From IMG/VR virus record IMGVR_UViG_3300031857_000110: a DNA stretch of 64,000 nt. One strand, 5' to 3'. The DNA comes from a virus. The notes below the pieces were generated by a model that was not told where the DNA came from, searched no databases, and worked only from the letters and a program-made list of their open reading frames with translations. The translations under genes and the position numbers were made by a program. Position 1 is the stretch's first letter. Each line of letters begins with the position of its first letter. Below, in pieces: positions 10,277-19,969 of the stretch.

Positions 10277-10679
10277 GAGAATACAAAATTATTGAACTAT
10301 TTATTAGAATGGTGGTGATCTTGAATTATTATCCAAATTTACTAAATGGTCTTGATTGGACAGTTTTACTATTGGACTGAACTGCACCACAAGGCCTCTG
10401 AATGGTTCTATAATGTCCTTGATAAATGAAAACAAAATGTCAATTAGTGAAAGAATAATTTTCATCATGTGTTTTATGTGGTTCATGAATTGGGCTACAA
10501 GAGTAATGGAATTATTGATTCGTTACGTTTTTTATTAACTTAACTTTGTTATCTACACTAGCACCTCTTTCAAAATTTGTCAAGTCCCTTCAGTAATGTC
10601 AAGAAACCCTGACGTAGTATAAGTACTTATTGACAGACCTTCAATAATCATGTACGCTCAGCTTTGTCAAAGATGATGC

Positions 10680-10785
10680 ACGATAACTTAAGTGACTTAA
10701 AGAACTTAAATACTCTTAAAGATTCTTAAGTTACTTAAATACTCTTAAGTTATTTAAAGATTCTTAAAGATACTTAAGTAACAAT
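10680..10785. repeat. about ten degenerate 9-11 bp CTTAA(A/G)-containing tandem units (helical phasing)
   Basis: gacttaaa gaacttaaa tactcttaaa gattcttaag ttacttaaa tactcttaag ttatttaaa gattcttaaa gatacttaag. Confidence 0.7.
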
Positions 10786-10792
10786 TAATAAA

Positions 10793-11533
10793 ATGATTCA
10801 TTATCTCTTACAATCAGGAAACATTCTATCCACTGAAAAATCTGCATGTCTTAGAACAGAACATAAAATTACATGGACTGCTCATTCAAATCTTTTTAAT
10901 ACTATCAATCATCTTCTATTAACAGATAAACTTTCAGATATTATTCCTGTAGGATCTGTAGAATTTTGTAGAACTTATACTGAAATTGTAGGACTTGAGT
11001 TACCTGATGATTTTTCATATGGTTCAGTAGATATTTCTTTAATAGAACCATATTTAAAAAGAAAAATCAATAAAACAACTTTTGCGTTAGCAAAAGAATG
11101 TAGTTTCATTAAGCCGGTCTACACTAAACTTTTTACTGGAGACATTAAGAATCGCATTAATGATTCATCGCTTTCAGAATTTGAAGTATGGGAATCTGAA
11201 CCTGTAGAATTTACAGCAGAATTTAGATTCTATATCTATAGGGATAAAGTTATTGGTTATTCTCGTTATGATGATTTAGACTGTGATTGTAAAGAACTAG
11301 ACCACCATTTAATTGAAAAAATTATTAAAGTGCAAAACTCTTTCCCAATTGCTTATTCAATTGATATTGGTTGGCGAAATGATATTAATGAGTGGAGTCT
11401 TATTGAATTAAATGATGCATGGGCCTTGGGTTTTTATAATAATAGTGATACCTCTTCAAAACCCCCAAAAAGCAGTGATTATGCTCTAATGATTGCAGAA
11501 AGGTGGAGAGAAATTGTAAATGGACAGATTTGA
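10793..11533 (+). CDS. hypothetical protein (246 aa)
   Basis: ORF track; no secure motif. Confidence 0.5.
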   Translation: MIHYLLQSGNILSTEKSACLRTEHKITWTAHSNLFNTINHLLLTDKLSDIIPVGSVEFCRTYTEIVGLELPDDFSYGSVDISLIEPYLKRKINKTTFALAKECSFIKPVYTKLFTGDIKNRINDSSLSEFEVWESEPVEFTAEFRFYIYRDKVIGYSRYDDLDCDCKELDHHLIEKIIKVQNSFPIAYSIDIGWRNDINEWSLIELNDAWALGFYNNSDTSSKPPKSSDYALMIAERWREIVNGQI

Positions 11534-11572
11534 AAGTGTCTATAAAATTTTCAACAGCTTGAAAAGTGATGT

Positions 11573-11977
11573 ATGATTTTGTTGTCAGATACTAGACTTA
11601 ATAAAAAGATTAAAATCAAAATGAAAGCCTATAAAATTGAAATTCTCGTCATTGATAATGAGAATATTGGAGAAGAATCTATTAAAGAATACATTAAAAA
11701 TGCCAAGTACATTTATCCATCAATTTTATCAATAAAATCTAAAGAAATTGGTGATTGGTCAGATGATCATCCACTTAATAAGAAAGAAACATTTTCCAAA
11801 ACTGCTAAAGACTTATTTAACCATATAAGTCATGAAAAATTAAAAGAATGGATTGAAGATCAAGAATACTATTTGGGTTCTCCAGAAGACATTGGAGATG
11901 GTCAACATTTTGAATATTATATTCAACCACATACTTTAGAGCAATTAATTGAGTTAGCACTTGAGGAGTTATCATGA
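11573..11977 (+). CDS. hypothetical protein
   Basis: ORF; 3' end overlaps next start (ATGA). Confidence 0.45.
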   Translation: MILLSDTRLNKKIKIKMKAYKIEILVIDNENIGEESIKEYIKNAKYIYPSILSIKSKEIGDWSDDHPLNKKETFSKTAKDLFNHISHEKLKEWIEDQEYYLGSPEDIGDGQHFEYYIQPHTLEQLIELALEELS

Positions 11978-12366
11978 CAGATCAAAATGTTATAGATTTA
12001 GTTAAATTACTTCAAAAAGCTTATTCTTCAGTTCCATGGGTGCGAGAAGAAGAACTCAATAAAATTCTTGAAGAAGCAGTTAGTTTAGCTAATAAAATTG
12101 AAGATGATGAAAATAATTCTAGACATTTTTTATTAAACGATCTTAAAGAAGATCTAATGCGTCTTGAAAAAGGTATATTAGCTAAAAAGAACCAAATTAG
12201 AGAAAAAAGACTAGAATGTAAAAACTCTAAACAAGAATGGTTAAAACCATTGATAAGAGGAACAATAGAAACAATGGAAAAAACCTTGAAAAGTATGGAA
12301 GAAAGAAGAGAAATTATTAAAGAGCAATTGGACACTTTAAAATCTGACCTTGACCATACAGATTGA
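11974..12366 (+). CDS. hypothetical coiled-coil protein
   Basis: Charged heptad-like sequence; overlapping start. Confidence 0.45.
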   Translation: MTDQNVIDLVKLLQKAYSSVPWVREEELNKILEEAVSLANKIEDDENNSRHFLLNDLKEDLMRLEKGILAKKNQIREKRLECKNSKQEWLKPLIRGTIETMEKTLKSMEERREIIKEQLDTLKSDLDHTD

Positions 12367-12380
12367 GGTAATTTGAGTTT

Positions 12381-12629
12381 ATGATATTCTTAGATCAAAC
12401 ACCACCGATCAAAATGAAAATCAAACAGATCACGGGCCGGCATCGTCGGGACTTCACTGCAATTTATGAGTGTGAACATTGTGGTGTAACCTACAAAGGA
12501 AGCGGATATGACGACGCCAATTTCCACGATAACGTGATACCTGCGATGAAGTGTTCATCTTGTGGCAAGACTGCAAGTGATGATTATCAACCACTTCAGC
12601 CACGGTATCCTGAATCTTTTGTCATTTGA
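12381..12629 (+). CDS. small zinc-ribbon protein (CxxC...CxxC)
   Basis: CEHCG ... CSSCG pairs; region locally GC-richer. Confidence 0.45.
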   Translation: MIFLDQTPPIKMKIKQITGRHRRDFTAIYECEHCGVTYKGSGYDDANFHDNVIPAMKCSSCGKTASDDYQPLQPRYPESFVI

Positions 12630-13063
12630 TTCTGATGGACGCCTTTATCCCTAGCCCGCACAATCTATCGGCCACATTTAAATCATCATTTACAGTCCAC
12701 CAGAGAAGTAATAATATCGGCGGCTTACCATACTATCCACCAAATGAAACAATGCAGGAACGACTGGCGCGATGCATTGAGCATGAGTTGTATTATGGTG
12801 GCAATCATGTGGCTGCAGCCGCTGCAATCGTTAGGGACATTAGTGAAGGTTACATCCAATTCTCCGATGTTCTAGAAGGTGTAAAGGTTGAGCGCGACCT
12901 AGCCATTCGTATGTTGGCTAAATGGTGCACATCCGTTGAATTAAAAGGCTCTGACTGGGATGCCTGGGACGAGCACTATAAAAATGCTGCTCACCGGCCG
13001 GGTCCTTTGCGTGAACTTCTAGACGCAGCCATTATGGAGATCAAGGTGGAGAAAGAGGCATGA
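12626..13063 (+). CDS. hypothetical protein (GC-rich island)
   Basis: ORF; overlapping start; GC content visibly above neighbours. Confidence 0.45.
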   Translation: MILMDAFIPSPHNLSATFKSSFTVHQRSNNIGGLPYYPPNETMQERLARCIEHELYYGGNHVAAAAAIVRDISEGYIQFSDVLEGVKVERDLAIRMLAKWCTSVELKGSDWDAWDEHYKNAAHRPGPLRELLDAAIMEIKVEKEA

Positions 13064-13326
13064 ACCACTATAACGAGTCTAACAATACTTCTTATCCTTC
13101 TGATACTTTGGATGACACTAAAGAAGAGCATATGGAATTCCGTGCAACTGGTAGAATTCTTAATATCCTTAATGAACTTCGCGACAACTACAATCTGAGC
13201 AGGTCTGAAATTATTCGCAGGGCCATTGCTCTTTTCTTCATTGCGAAGAGAGAACAAAAAAGGGGTAACAGATTGGTAGTCTTGAATAGTGATGATGAAC
13301 TTATCTCTGAGATCACCTCTATTTAA
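13060..13326 (+). CDS. ribbon-helix-helix (CopG/Arc-like) DNA-binding protein
   Basis: LSRSEIIRRAIALFF resembles the RHH beta-strand plus helix signature. Confidence 0.5.
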   Translation: MNHYNESNNTSYPSDTLDDTKEEHMEFRATGRILNILNELRDNYNLSRSEIIRRAIALFFIAKREQKRGNRLVVLNSDDELISEITSI

Positions 13327-13369
13327 ATCTCACAATTATGAAACCTGTCAATCGCTTTCAAACTAAACA

Positions 13370-13645
13370 ATGACAATAAGAAACTTAAGTAATTATTATC
13401 TATCAAAAGATTATGAAGCCTTATATGAATTGGCGCAGAAACAATCTGTGGTCTGTATAGTAGATTATTTTAGCTGTAGGGATGTTTGTCAAACTTTATA
13501 TAATTCTTATTCAAATGTTATTGAAGTATGCTCCAGAGGTCATGGTTACATTTTTGCTGAAAATATGGAAGACTTTATAGCTATCTGTGAACCTTTGAAT
13601 CTTGAATGGATTGTCCCGACGCTTTGTGAGCTGTCACATTCTTGA
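13370..13645 (+). CDS. hypothetical protein
   Basis: ORF. Confidence 0.4.
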   Translation: MTIRNLSNYYLSKDYEALYELAQKQSVVCIVDYFSCRDVCQTLYNSYSNVIEVCSRGHGYIFAENMEDFIAICEPLNLEWIVPTLCELSHS

Positions 13646-13695
13646 TTACAAATGCTCAAAGTTATTGATAACATTACATCAGCTAACTACACCCT

Positions 13696-13905
13696 ATGAA
13701 TCATCCCACTTCTAAATGGGTAACATTTACCCGAACAATTTGTCCTAAAACTGGAATTCATTATCTTGATGCTCTTGATGAACATGGTCGTCATTGGGCG
13801 GCTCAAATGCACTATGGGCCAGAAAGGTGGCTAACTTTTATTCCAAATGAAAACTGGGCGCCCAGAACCATGTCACAGCCCCTTGAAACATTCACTCAAC
13901 CATGA
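13696..13905 (+). CDS. hypothetical protein
   Basis: ORF; overlaps next start. Confidence 0.4.
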   Translation: MNHPTSKWVTFTRTICPKTGIHYLDALDEHGRHWAAQMHYGPERWLTFIPNENWAPRTMSQPLETFTQP

Positions 13906-14381
13906 AACTCTCAGACATTAAAAATGGTGACTTTCTTTATTATACAGAAAGACCTTTTAGTAATTATGCAGATTCTTTAGTTGAAATTTTGGAAATTAAT
14001 GGTGAATTGGTCGGACATACTGTATGCACTAATTGGGAAGGTCAATATATTAATGTTCCCTATGAAGAGTCGGAAGATCTTCCACTAGCTCCATATTATG
14101 ATGAGAACTGTTGGTATCCAACAACTTATTCTTTAAAAGATGGAGATGCCTCAATATGGATGAATAAAACTTATCCACCAGATAAGCCATCTATTATACC
14201 AGTGAAAGAAATATATGCTCTTTATAAATCCTCTATGTTTTATCCTTATGCTAGTAAAATTGTTGGATTATTTACTGATAAAAATTTACTTGAATTAGCA
14301 ATGAATTCCATAAATGTTTCTAATAGTAGTGTTTTCAAATTTTATTACGAAACATATGAACCCAACAAAATTGGAGACTGA
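13902..14381 (+). CDS. hypothetical protein
   Basis: ORF. Confidence 0.45.
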   Translation: MKLSDIKNGDFLYYTERPFSNYADSLVEILEINGELVGHTVCTNWEGQYINVPYEESEDLPLAPYYDENCWYPTTYSLKDGDASIWMNKTYPPDKPSIIPVKEIYALYKSSMFYPYASKIVGLFTDKNLLELAMNSINVSNSSVFKFYYETYEPNKIGD

Positions 14382-14383
14382 TC

Positions 14384-14767
14384 ATGAAAGTTTTTGTTCT
14401 TTATGTAGGTGAAAGGCTTGGACCAATTGATAAAATTATAGGAATCTATACGAATGAAGAACTTGCAAAGAATGCCCTTTCACTATGTCCAAAGTCTACA
14501 TATGAATATTATTATTCATATTTTGAACAAGACCTAAATGTAATCCCAAATCATCCTGAAGGTACTAAAGCCTTTATTTGCTCTATTAGAAATAATGAAG
14601 TACAATATCTAAGACAATTTTCAATCCTTGAAGATACTAGAAGTATTCATCTTTTTCCTAGTGTTCATAAAAATGGGAATGAATGTACTGTATATTGTTG
14701 GGCAACTGATGAAAAACATGCTGGGCAAATAGCCCTAGACCACTTTAAAAACTGTCATGAGTCCTAA
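14384..14767 (+). CDS. hypothetical protein
   Basis: ORF. Confidence 0.45.
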   Translation: MKVFVLYVGERLGPIDKIIGIYTNEELAKNALSLCPKSTYEYYYSYFEQDLNVIPNHPEGTKAFICSIRNNEVQYLRQFSILEDTRSIHLFPSVHKNGNECTVYCWATDEKHAGQIALDHFKNCHES

Positions 14768-14782
14768 CCACTGGGCCATATT

Positions 14783-15643
14783 TTGAGCCATAATAACAAG
14801 GTCAACCAAACACCGACACCTCAAATGGCCAAAGTGATTGAAAATGCTAAAGATGCAATTGAATTTTTTGGTGAACCAGTGGTAGCTAGGAGAAAAACTA
14901 AAGTTAGGATCCGAGAAACAAATGGCGTTGAAACATTTGTGAGCAAATATGGACAAGGCACTCTTACGGCCAAACAGGGAATTGATTATGTAGTCATTCC
15001 TGTTGACGGCTCTGATCCATATCCATGCAAGATTGACATCTTTCATAATACTTGGGAAGAGATTGATGGAACAGGAACTTATCGTAAGACTGGATTGTGT
15101 AGGTTCATTCCAATTCCTGAAGGTACTACAGTGGAGCTTAAAACACTGGAGGGGCCAGTAGAAGTTTCGCATCCAAATTACATTGCTCTCGGTGCTGAAG
15201 GGGAAGTTTATTCATATAGTAAAGAATTCATTGAGAAAAATCTTGATTTAATTTATGTTGTCTTTGGTGAAGATTATCTTATATTCGGTGTGTACTCAAC
15301 TCTTGAACTTGCTGAAAAATGTAAAGGGGTAAAACCTGGCAGTTTTATTGGTTATTATTCAATAGATGTAGTTACTCCTCCAGATTTTCTTTTATGGCAA
15401 GTCTGCATCTTTACGAAAACTGGCAAGATCGACTCAATTGAACAAATTGATTCATTTAGCTTTGAATATGTAATGCGGTGTGCTGAACAAAATCCTTTCA
15501 GTTTATTTTATGCTAGTTACTGTTTCAGGGTCAAAGCTGAAACCAAAGAAGAAGCTGCAAAAATAGCACAGGAAAAATTCAAAGAAGCATTTAAAAATGA
15601 TGCGGAACTAGCACTCGAAAAATTTGAAAATGAAACCAATTAA
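14783..15643 (+). CDS. hypothetical protein (286 aa)
   Basis: ORF. Confidence 0.5.
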   Translation: MSHNNKVNQTPTPQMAKVIENAKDAIEFFGEPVVARRKTKVRIRETNGVETFVSKYGQGTLTAKQGIDYVVIPVDGSDPYPCKIDIFHNTWEEIDGTGTYRKTGLCRFIPIPEGTTVELKTLEGPVEVSHPNYIALGAEGEVYSYSKEFIEKNLDLIYVVFGEDYLIFGVYSTLELAEKCKGVKPGSFIGYYSIDVVTPPDFLLWQVCIFTKTGKIDSIEQIDSFSFEYVMRCAEQNPFSLFYASYCFRVKAETKEEAAKIAQEKFKEAFKNDAELALEKFENETN

Positions 15644-15736
15644 TCTCTTAGTCATTGTCCTCGTCTTTTTGCATTTCTTCTGAATAATCATAAGGCTGCT
15701 GTGAGAAATAAATACAGCAGCCATTTTATTAAAACT

Positions 15737-16030
15737 ATGAAAAACCTTTTTGGATTTTTAACATCCTTGTTACTTCTTTTACAATTTGTTTCTCCAGCTT
15801 TTGCTAAAATTCCTAGTGGAGCAATCCCACTAGAATGGAGACCAAACTATAAAGAACAGGTTGAATATATCATTAATAATAAATGTGAATCTAATGGAAT
15901 TGTCCCATATTATGGATACACATATTACACTTGTCCTTCAGGTGAAAAATTCTGGGCGGAAGTTTTAGTTCCTGTTGATAATTCTATTCTATATTTCAAG
16001 AACCGAGACAAACATTCAGATGAATATTAA
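15737..16030 (+). CDS. small secreted protein (signal peptide MKNLFGFLTSLLLLLQFVSPAFA)
   Basis: Typical n-h-c signal peptide with AFA cleavage motif; start trimmed to the internal Met. Confidence 0.5.
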   Translation: MKNLFGFLTSLLLLLQFVSPAFAKIPSGAIPLEWRPNYKEQVEYIINNKCESNGIVPYYGYTYYTCPSGEKFWAEVLVPVDNSILYFKNRDKHSDEY

Positions 16031-16032
16031 TT

Positions 16033-16398
16033 ATGAAAATCTCTACAACACATAAAAGATTTGCAGATCATTTAGATGACCAAATCGCTCTAGAATACCC
16101 TGCACGTTTTCTAGGACCCAATTGGAAGAATGTATTGAACTTCTGGATCTATTTGGATACTTTGAGTGGTGAAGAATTTAGGTTAATTTTTGATCGTTAT
16201 TGGGCTTTAGATGAAGATGCTAGAGTTTCTGCTATAAATAATGCTCATAAAGCGGCTGAAGCGACTATAGATATTCATTATACATATACAACTCGTGGTG
16301 CCGCCCTTACACTTGCACCTGCTTATGCATCCCTTGAACTCATTGGTTCTCATAAGCTAGAGTCTCTTAATTTTCTTCCTTTGTTTCTAAACCAGTGA
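16033..16398 (+). CDS. family-A hypervariable small protein, member 1
   Basis: MKISTTHKRFADHL..LEYPARFLGPNWKNVLNFWIYLDTLS N-block and ELIGSHKLESLNFLPLFLNQ C-block. Confidence 0.75.
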   Translation: MKISTTHKRFADHLDDQIALEYPARFLGPNWKNVLNFWIYLDTLSGEEFRLIFDRYWALDEDARVSAINNAHKAAEATIDIHYTYTTRGAALTLAPAYASLELIGSHKLESLNFLPLFLNQ

Positions 16399-16766
16399 AA
16401 ATATCTTCTTCTCATCAAAAATTTGCAGATCGGTTAAATAACCAAACTGCTCTAGAATACCCTGAACGTTTTCTGGGACCTAATTGGAAGGATGTATTGA
16501 ATTTCTGGATTTATTTGGATACTTTGAGTCGTGAAGAGCTTGATAAAGTCTATGAGCATCATCGTGGTTTGAAAGACATACATATATCAAGGCGTCTTGC
16601 TTGGTGTGCTGCTAAGGATACTATAGGTTATGATTATACAAATGCAGCTGCATTTGCATATTATGTTAATTGTTATAATGCCGCTGGATGTCATGCAACC
16701 AGTGAACTCATTGGTTCTCATAAGCTTGAGACCTTGACGTTTTTTCCTTTGTTCATAAATTTTTAA
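16395..16766 (+). CDS. family-A member 2 (GTG start overlapping previous TGA)
   Basis: Same conserved N and C blocks; variable middle. Confidence 0.7.
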   Translation: MKISSSHQKFADRLNNQTALEYPERFLGPNWKDVLNFWIYLDTLSREELDKVYEHHRGLKDIHISRRLAWCAAKDTIGYDYTNAAAFAYYVNCYNAAGCHATSELIGSHKLETLTFFPLFINF

Positions 16767-16774
16767 ACTTATTC

Positions 16775-17923
16775 ATGAATTTACTTAATGGCATTGTAGA
16801 TATATTCCCATCAATAGAACCACAAAATTTTTTGGAAACTCCAAAAAGAATTAAACTTGGATTTGATCCAACAACAGATTTTTTACATTTAGGTCATGCT
16901 GTTCTTTTAAGAAAATTAAGGCAATTTCAAAATGAAAATCATACTCCTGTAATAATTATAGGTGACTTTACTGCAAGAATTGGAGATCCAACAGGAAAAT
17001 CAAAAACTAGAAAACAATTAACCAAAGAAGAAGTAGAATTCAATACCAATGAATTTTTGAATACTCTTTCAAATTTTATTGACCCCGAAAAATCTGAAAT
17101 TATTTTTAATTCTAAACATTTAGAACAATTATCTCTATCTACAATTATACAATTACAATCATTGGTAACAGTAAATCAACTCCTAGCGAAAAGGGATTTT
17201 CATCAAAGATTTGAATTACAAAGCCCTATCAGTTTGCATGAATTTATGTATCCACTACTTCAAGGATATGATAGTCATGTAATATCATCTGAAATAGAAC
17301 TTGGAGGAATTGATCAAAAATTTAACATCTCAATGGGTAGAGATGTTCAAAGACATTTCAAAAATAAAAATGAACAAATTGGAATGTTAATGCCAATTTT
17401 ATGTGGTACTGATGGTGCCAATAAAATGTCTAAAAGTTTGAATAATGCAATAAAAATTGATGAACATCCTTTAATAATGTTTTCTCAATTGGAAAAAATT
17501 CCAGATAATTTAGTAGATGAATATATTCTTCTACTCACCGACTGTAATTTGGGAGATTTTTCTCCAGATCCTAGAGAAAGGCAAAAACAAATGGCCTTTG
17601 AGATTGTTTCAGAATTTTATGGTTCTGAAGTTGCTCTAAAGTCTATGAATGAATCTCAACAGATCGTTTTGTCTAATTCAAATATATCAGATGTCCCAGA
17701 GATAGTTGTTTCACATTTGCAGTTTCCATTACCTCTTGCAACTTTATTGAGAGAAACTAAATTATCAGATAGTTCATCTGCAGCAAGAAGATCAATTCGT
17801 TCAGGTTGTATTAAATTAGATGGGATTAAAATTACAGATGAAAATATTATGGTTGATATAAATGATATTGAAAATAAAATTATAAGAATGTCAAAGAACT
17901 CTTTTCATCGTTTTGTCATGTGA
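16775..17923 (+). CDS. tyrS: tyrosyl-tRNA synthetase (class I aaRS with C-terminal S4-like domain)
   Basis: HLGH (HIGH) motif, KMSKS motif, GGIDQ, C-terminal ARRSIRSGCIKLDGIKITD S4-like; length 382 aa. Confidence 0.75.
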   Translation: MNLLNGIVDIFPSIEPQNFLETPKRIKLGFDPTTDFLHLGHAVLLRKLRQFQNENHTPVIIIGDFTARIGDPTGKSKTRKQLTKEEVEFNTNEFLNTLSNFIDPEKSEIIFNSKHLEQLSLSTIIQLQSLVTVNQLLAKRDFHQRFELQSPISLHEFMYPLLQGYDSHVISSEIELGGIDQKFNISMGRDVQRHFKNKNEQIGMLMPILCGTDGANKMSKSLNNAIKIDEHPLIMFSQLEKIPDNLVDEYILLLTDCNLGDFSPDPRERQKQMAFEIVSEFYGSEVALKSMNESQQIVLSNSNISDVPEIVVSHLQFPLPLATLLRETKLSDSSSAARRSIRSGCIKLDGIKITDENIMVDINDIENKIIRMSKNSFHRFVM

Positions 17924-17940
17924 CAGTAGTTAAACTGTCA
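17921..17940 (+). repeat. inverted repeat TGACAGT-agttaa-ACTGTCA at tyrS stop
   Basis: Perfect 7-bp arms; no T-tract. Confidence 0.4.
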
Positions 17941-18349
17941 CTATGGAATACACACACTTCACTTCAGTTTGCTAAGATGAAAAAGAAACTTGGAGATTCC
18001 CCATGTTTAAAAGTAAGTTCTTTCCTTTAATTCTTTATCTTAGTTTACTCTTTATTGGAATTTCTTTTCCCTTTGCTATTCTAATGATTTATCCAGTATC
18101 GCCCACTCACAAAATTTTTTATGAATTCTGACAACTTTATTTTATGTTATTGTGTTACTCTTCTTTTTGGTTTCGTGGGGTTTGTTAGTTATGGTACTAT
18201 TAAAAATCAACCAGAATCTCTATATAGAGAAACTTTTAATAGATCTATTTCTTGTCGTGAAACTATAGGACTAAAACAAATAACAAATTTAGACTATATT
18301 TGTGGCAAACTTCCTCAAATCTCCGAATTCCATACACCTTCTAAATAAA

Positions 18350-19222
18350 ATGACACTCAAACTTACTGCAGTACATTTAGTTGATGAGGGATCTTATTTG
18401 GTTAAGTTCCCATATAATAATAAAAATATCTTGGTTTCTGGAGTTGTACCTGAAAGTTGCAATTATGTTGTAGTTTCTAGCCTTGATGAAATTGTAGAAC
18501 TTTATACACCATCAGCAATTCTAACGCATTATACAAATGATAATGATCCAACTCAAACCATAACCCCAACAATCTATCAACAACAAGTTGATATCCTTCG
18601 TGCTAAAGGAAATTATGATGATTTTTCTGGAGAATTAGTTTTCACAAATCTTGATGATGAATATGCATATAAAAAATTCATTAAAACTTGGAACCCTTTT
18701 TATGTTAAACAAGAAACCATAAAAAGACCAGTTGAAATTGAAATAACTGAAATTCGCACAAATTCTGGAGATCCAGATATTGTATCTTTATGGAACTCTC
18801 CTGCACTAGGAGTTGATCGTAAACTGTATTCAATTAATCGTCTGGATTTAGCTGTCAAAACTTTAAGAGCCATATGTGGTGATAATAATTGGAATCTTGA
18901 GATCCCAACACATTCTGGAATTTTATATGCAAAAATTAACAATAGTTATGTTTTTAAAGGTAATGAATTTAAATTTGAGACACATTTTATTGGCACTCTT
19001 GAACAATCAAAGAGTGAAAAAGCAAGAATTATTAAACTGATCAATGATGTAATAGCCATCCGTAATGCATGTAGGAATAAGATTAATAAAAGAACTGCTG
19101 GATATGTTTTAGGAAATCTTAGAATCATTAGTTACAGTGTTCAGTCTTCTACTAAATCTAATATATCAATGAAAATTAATGATCTTATTACTGATATTGA
19201 GAATGAGCTGATTAAGGAATGA
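18350..19222 (+). CDS. hypothetical protein
   Basis: ORF; start moved to an internal ATG preceded by taaa. Confidence 0.5.
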   Translation: MTLKLTAVHLVDEGSYLVKFPYNNKNILVSGVVPESCNYVVVSSLDEIVELYTPSAILTHYTNDNDPTQTITPTIYQQQVDILRAKGNYDDFSGELVFTNLDDEYAYKKFIKTWNPFYVKQETIKRPVEIEITEIRTNSGDPDIVSLWNSPALGVDRKLYSINRLDLAVKTLRAICGDNNWNLEIPTHSGILYAKINNSYVFKGNEFKFETHFIGTLEQSKSEKARIIKLINDVIAIRNACRNKINKRTAGYVLGNLRIISYSVQSSTKSNISMKINDLITDIENELIKE

Positions 19223-19423
19223 AAGCACCCAAAGAGTACAAACAATGGATCAATAGACTGAGAGCTTTATATTCCTCTTAGATAATCCACATATGGAAAG
19301 GAAATTAAACAACAATAAAAAGCATAGAAAAATAAAAATTGAGACAATTTAACAACTGTCCACCAAATCTCAAAATTCACAAAAAATCCCTTAGTATTAA
19401 CCTACAATCAACCAAAATCAACC

Positions 19424-19960
19424 ATGAGTGAACTTCCTGAATTTATTGCATTTCCTAAAATTCCACGTCTTCAAAAAGATTGTGTAGTTACTGAAAAAAT
19501 TGATGGCACTAATGGTGTTATCTACATCACTCTTGATGGTGATATGTTTATTGGGAGCCGAAATCGTTGGATTACTGCAGACTCAGACAATGCTGGGTTT
19601 CATCGTTGGGTGATGGAAAATAAAGCTGAATTAGAGAAACTTGGACCAGGTAGACATCATGGTGAATGGTGGGGAAGTGGAATTGGTCGGGGATATAATC
19701 TCCCCAAAGGAGAAAAGCGTTTTTCTCTTTTCAATGTTCATGTTTGGAATGAAGAGAATATTCCTAGCTGTTGTCATGTAGTTCCAACTCTTTACACTGG
19801 AGAATTCAATACTAATGAAATTGAAAATGCAATGTTAAGTCTCCAAGAAATGGGTTCCCATGCTGCTCCCGGTTATATGAATCCTGAAGGAGTTATGGTC
19901 TATCATGCTGCTGCTTGTATGTACTTCAAAGCTCCATTTGACAAAAACCACAAAGGTTAA
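19424..19960 (+). CDS. minimal RNA-ligase-like nucleotidyltransferase (motif I EKIDGTN, HHGEWWG, EGVMV, FKAP)
   Basis: Covalent nucleotidyltransferase motifs I, III/IV and V arranged as in Rnl5 or RNA_ligase (PF09414)-type enzymes. Confidence 0.55.
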   Translation: MSELPEFIAFPKIPRLQKDCVVTEKIDGTNGVIYITLDGDMFIGSRNRWITADSDNAGFHRWVMENKAELEKLGPGRHHGEWWGSGIGRGYNLPKGEKRFSLFNVHVWNEENIPSCCHVVPTLYTGEFNTNEIENAMLSLQEMGSHAAPGYMNPEGVMVYHAAACMYFKAPFDKNHKG

Positions 19961-19969
19961 AACAAATCA

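Noticed and set aside
10793-11533. ATP-grasp enzyme assignment for 10793..11533
   Set aside because: Only vague spacing of K/E/R residues and no clear glycine-rich loop. Left as hypothetical.
346-15172. Numerous minus-strand ORFs embedded in + strand genes (346..546, 7232..7459, 7801..7983, 8200..8391, 12021..12335, 12991..13257, 14735..15172, 18700..19128, 21225..21809 and others)
   Set aside because: Shadow ORFs antisense to well-supported + strand genes; low-complexity translations; no promoters or leaders.
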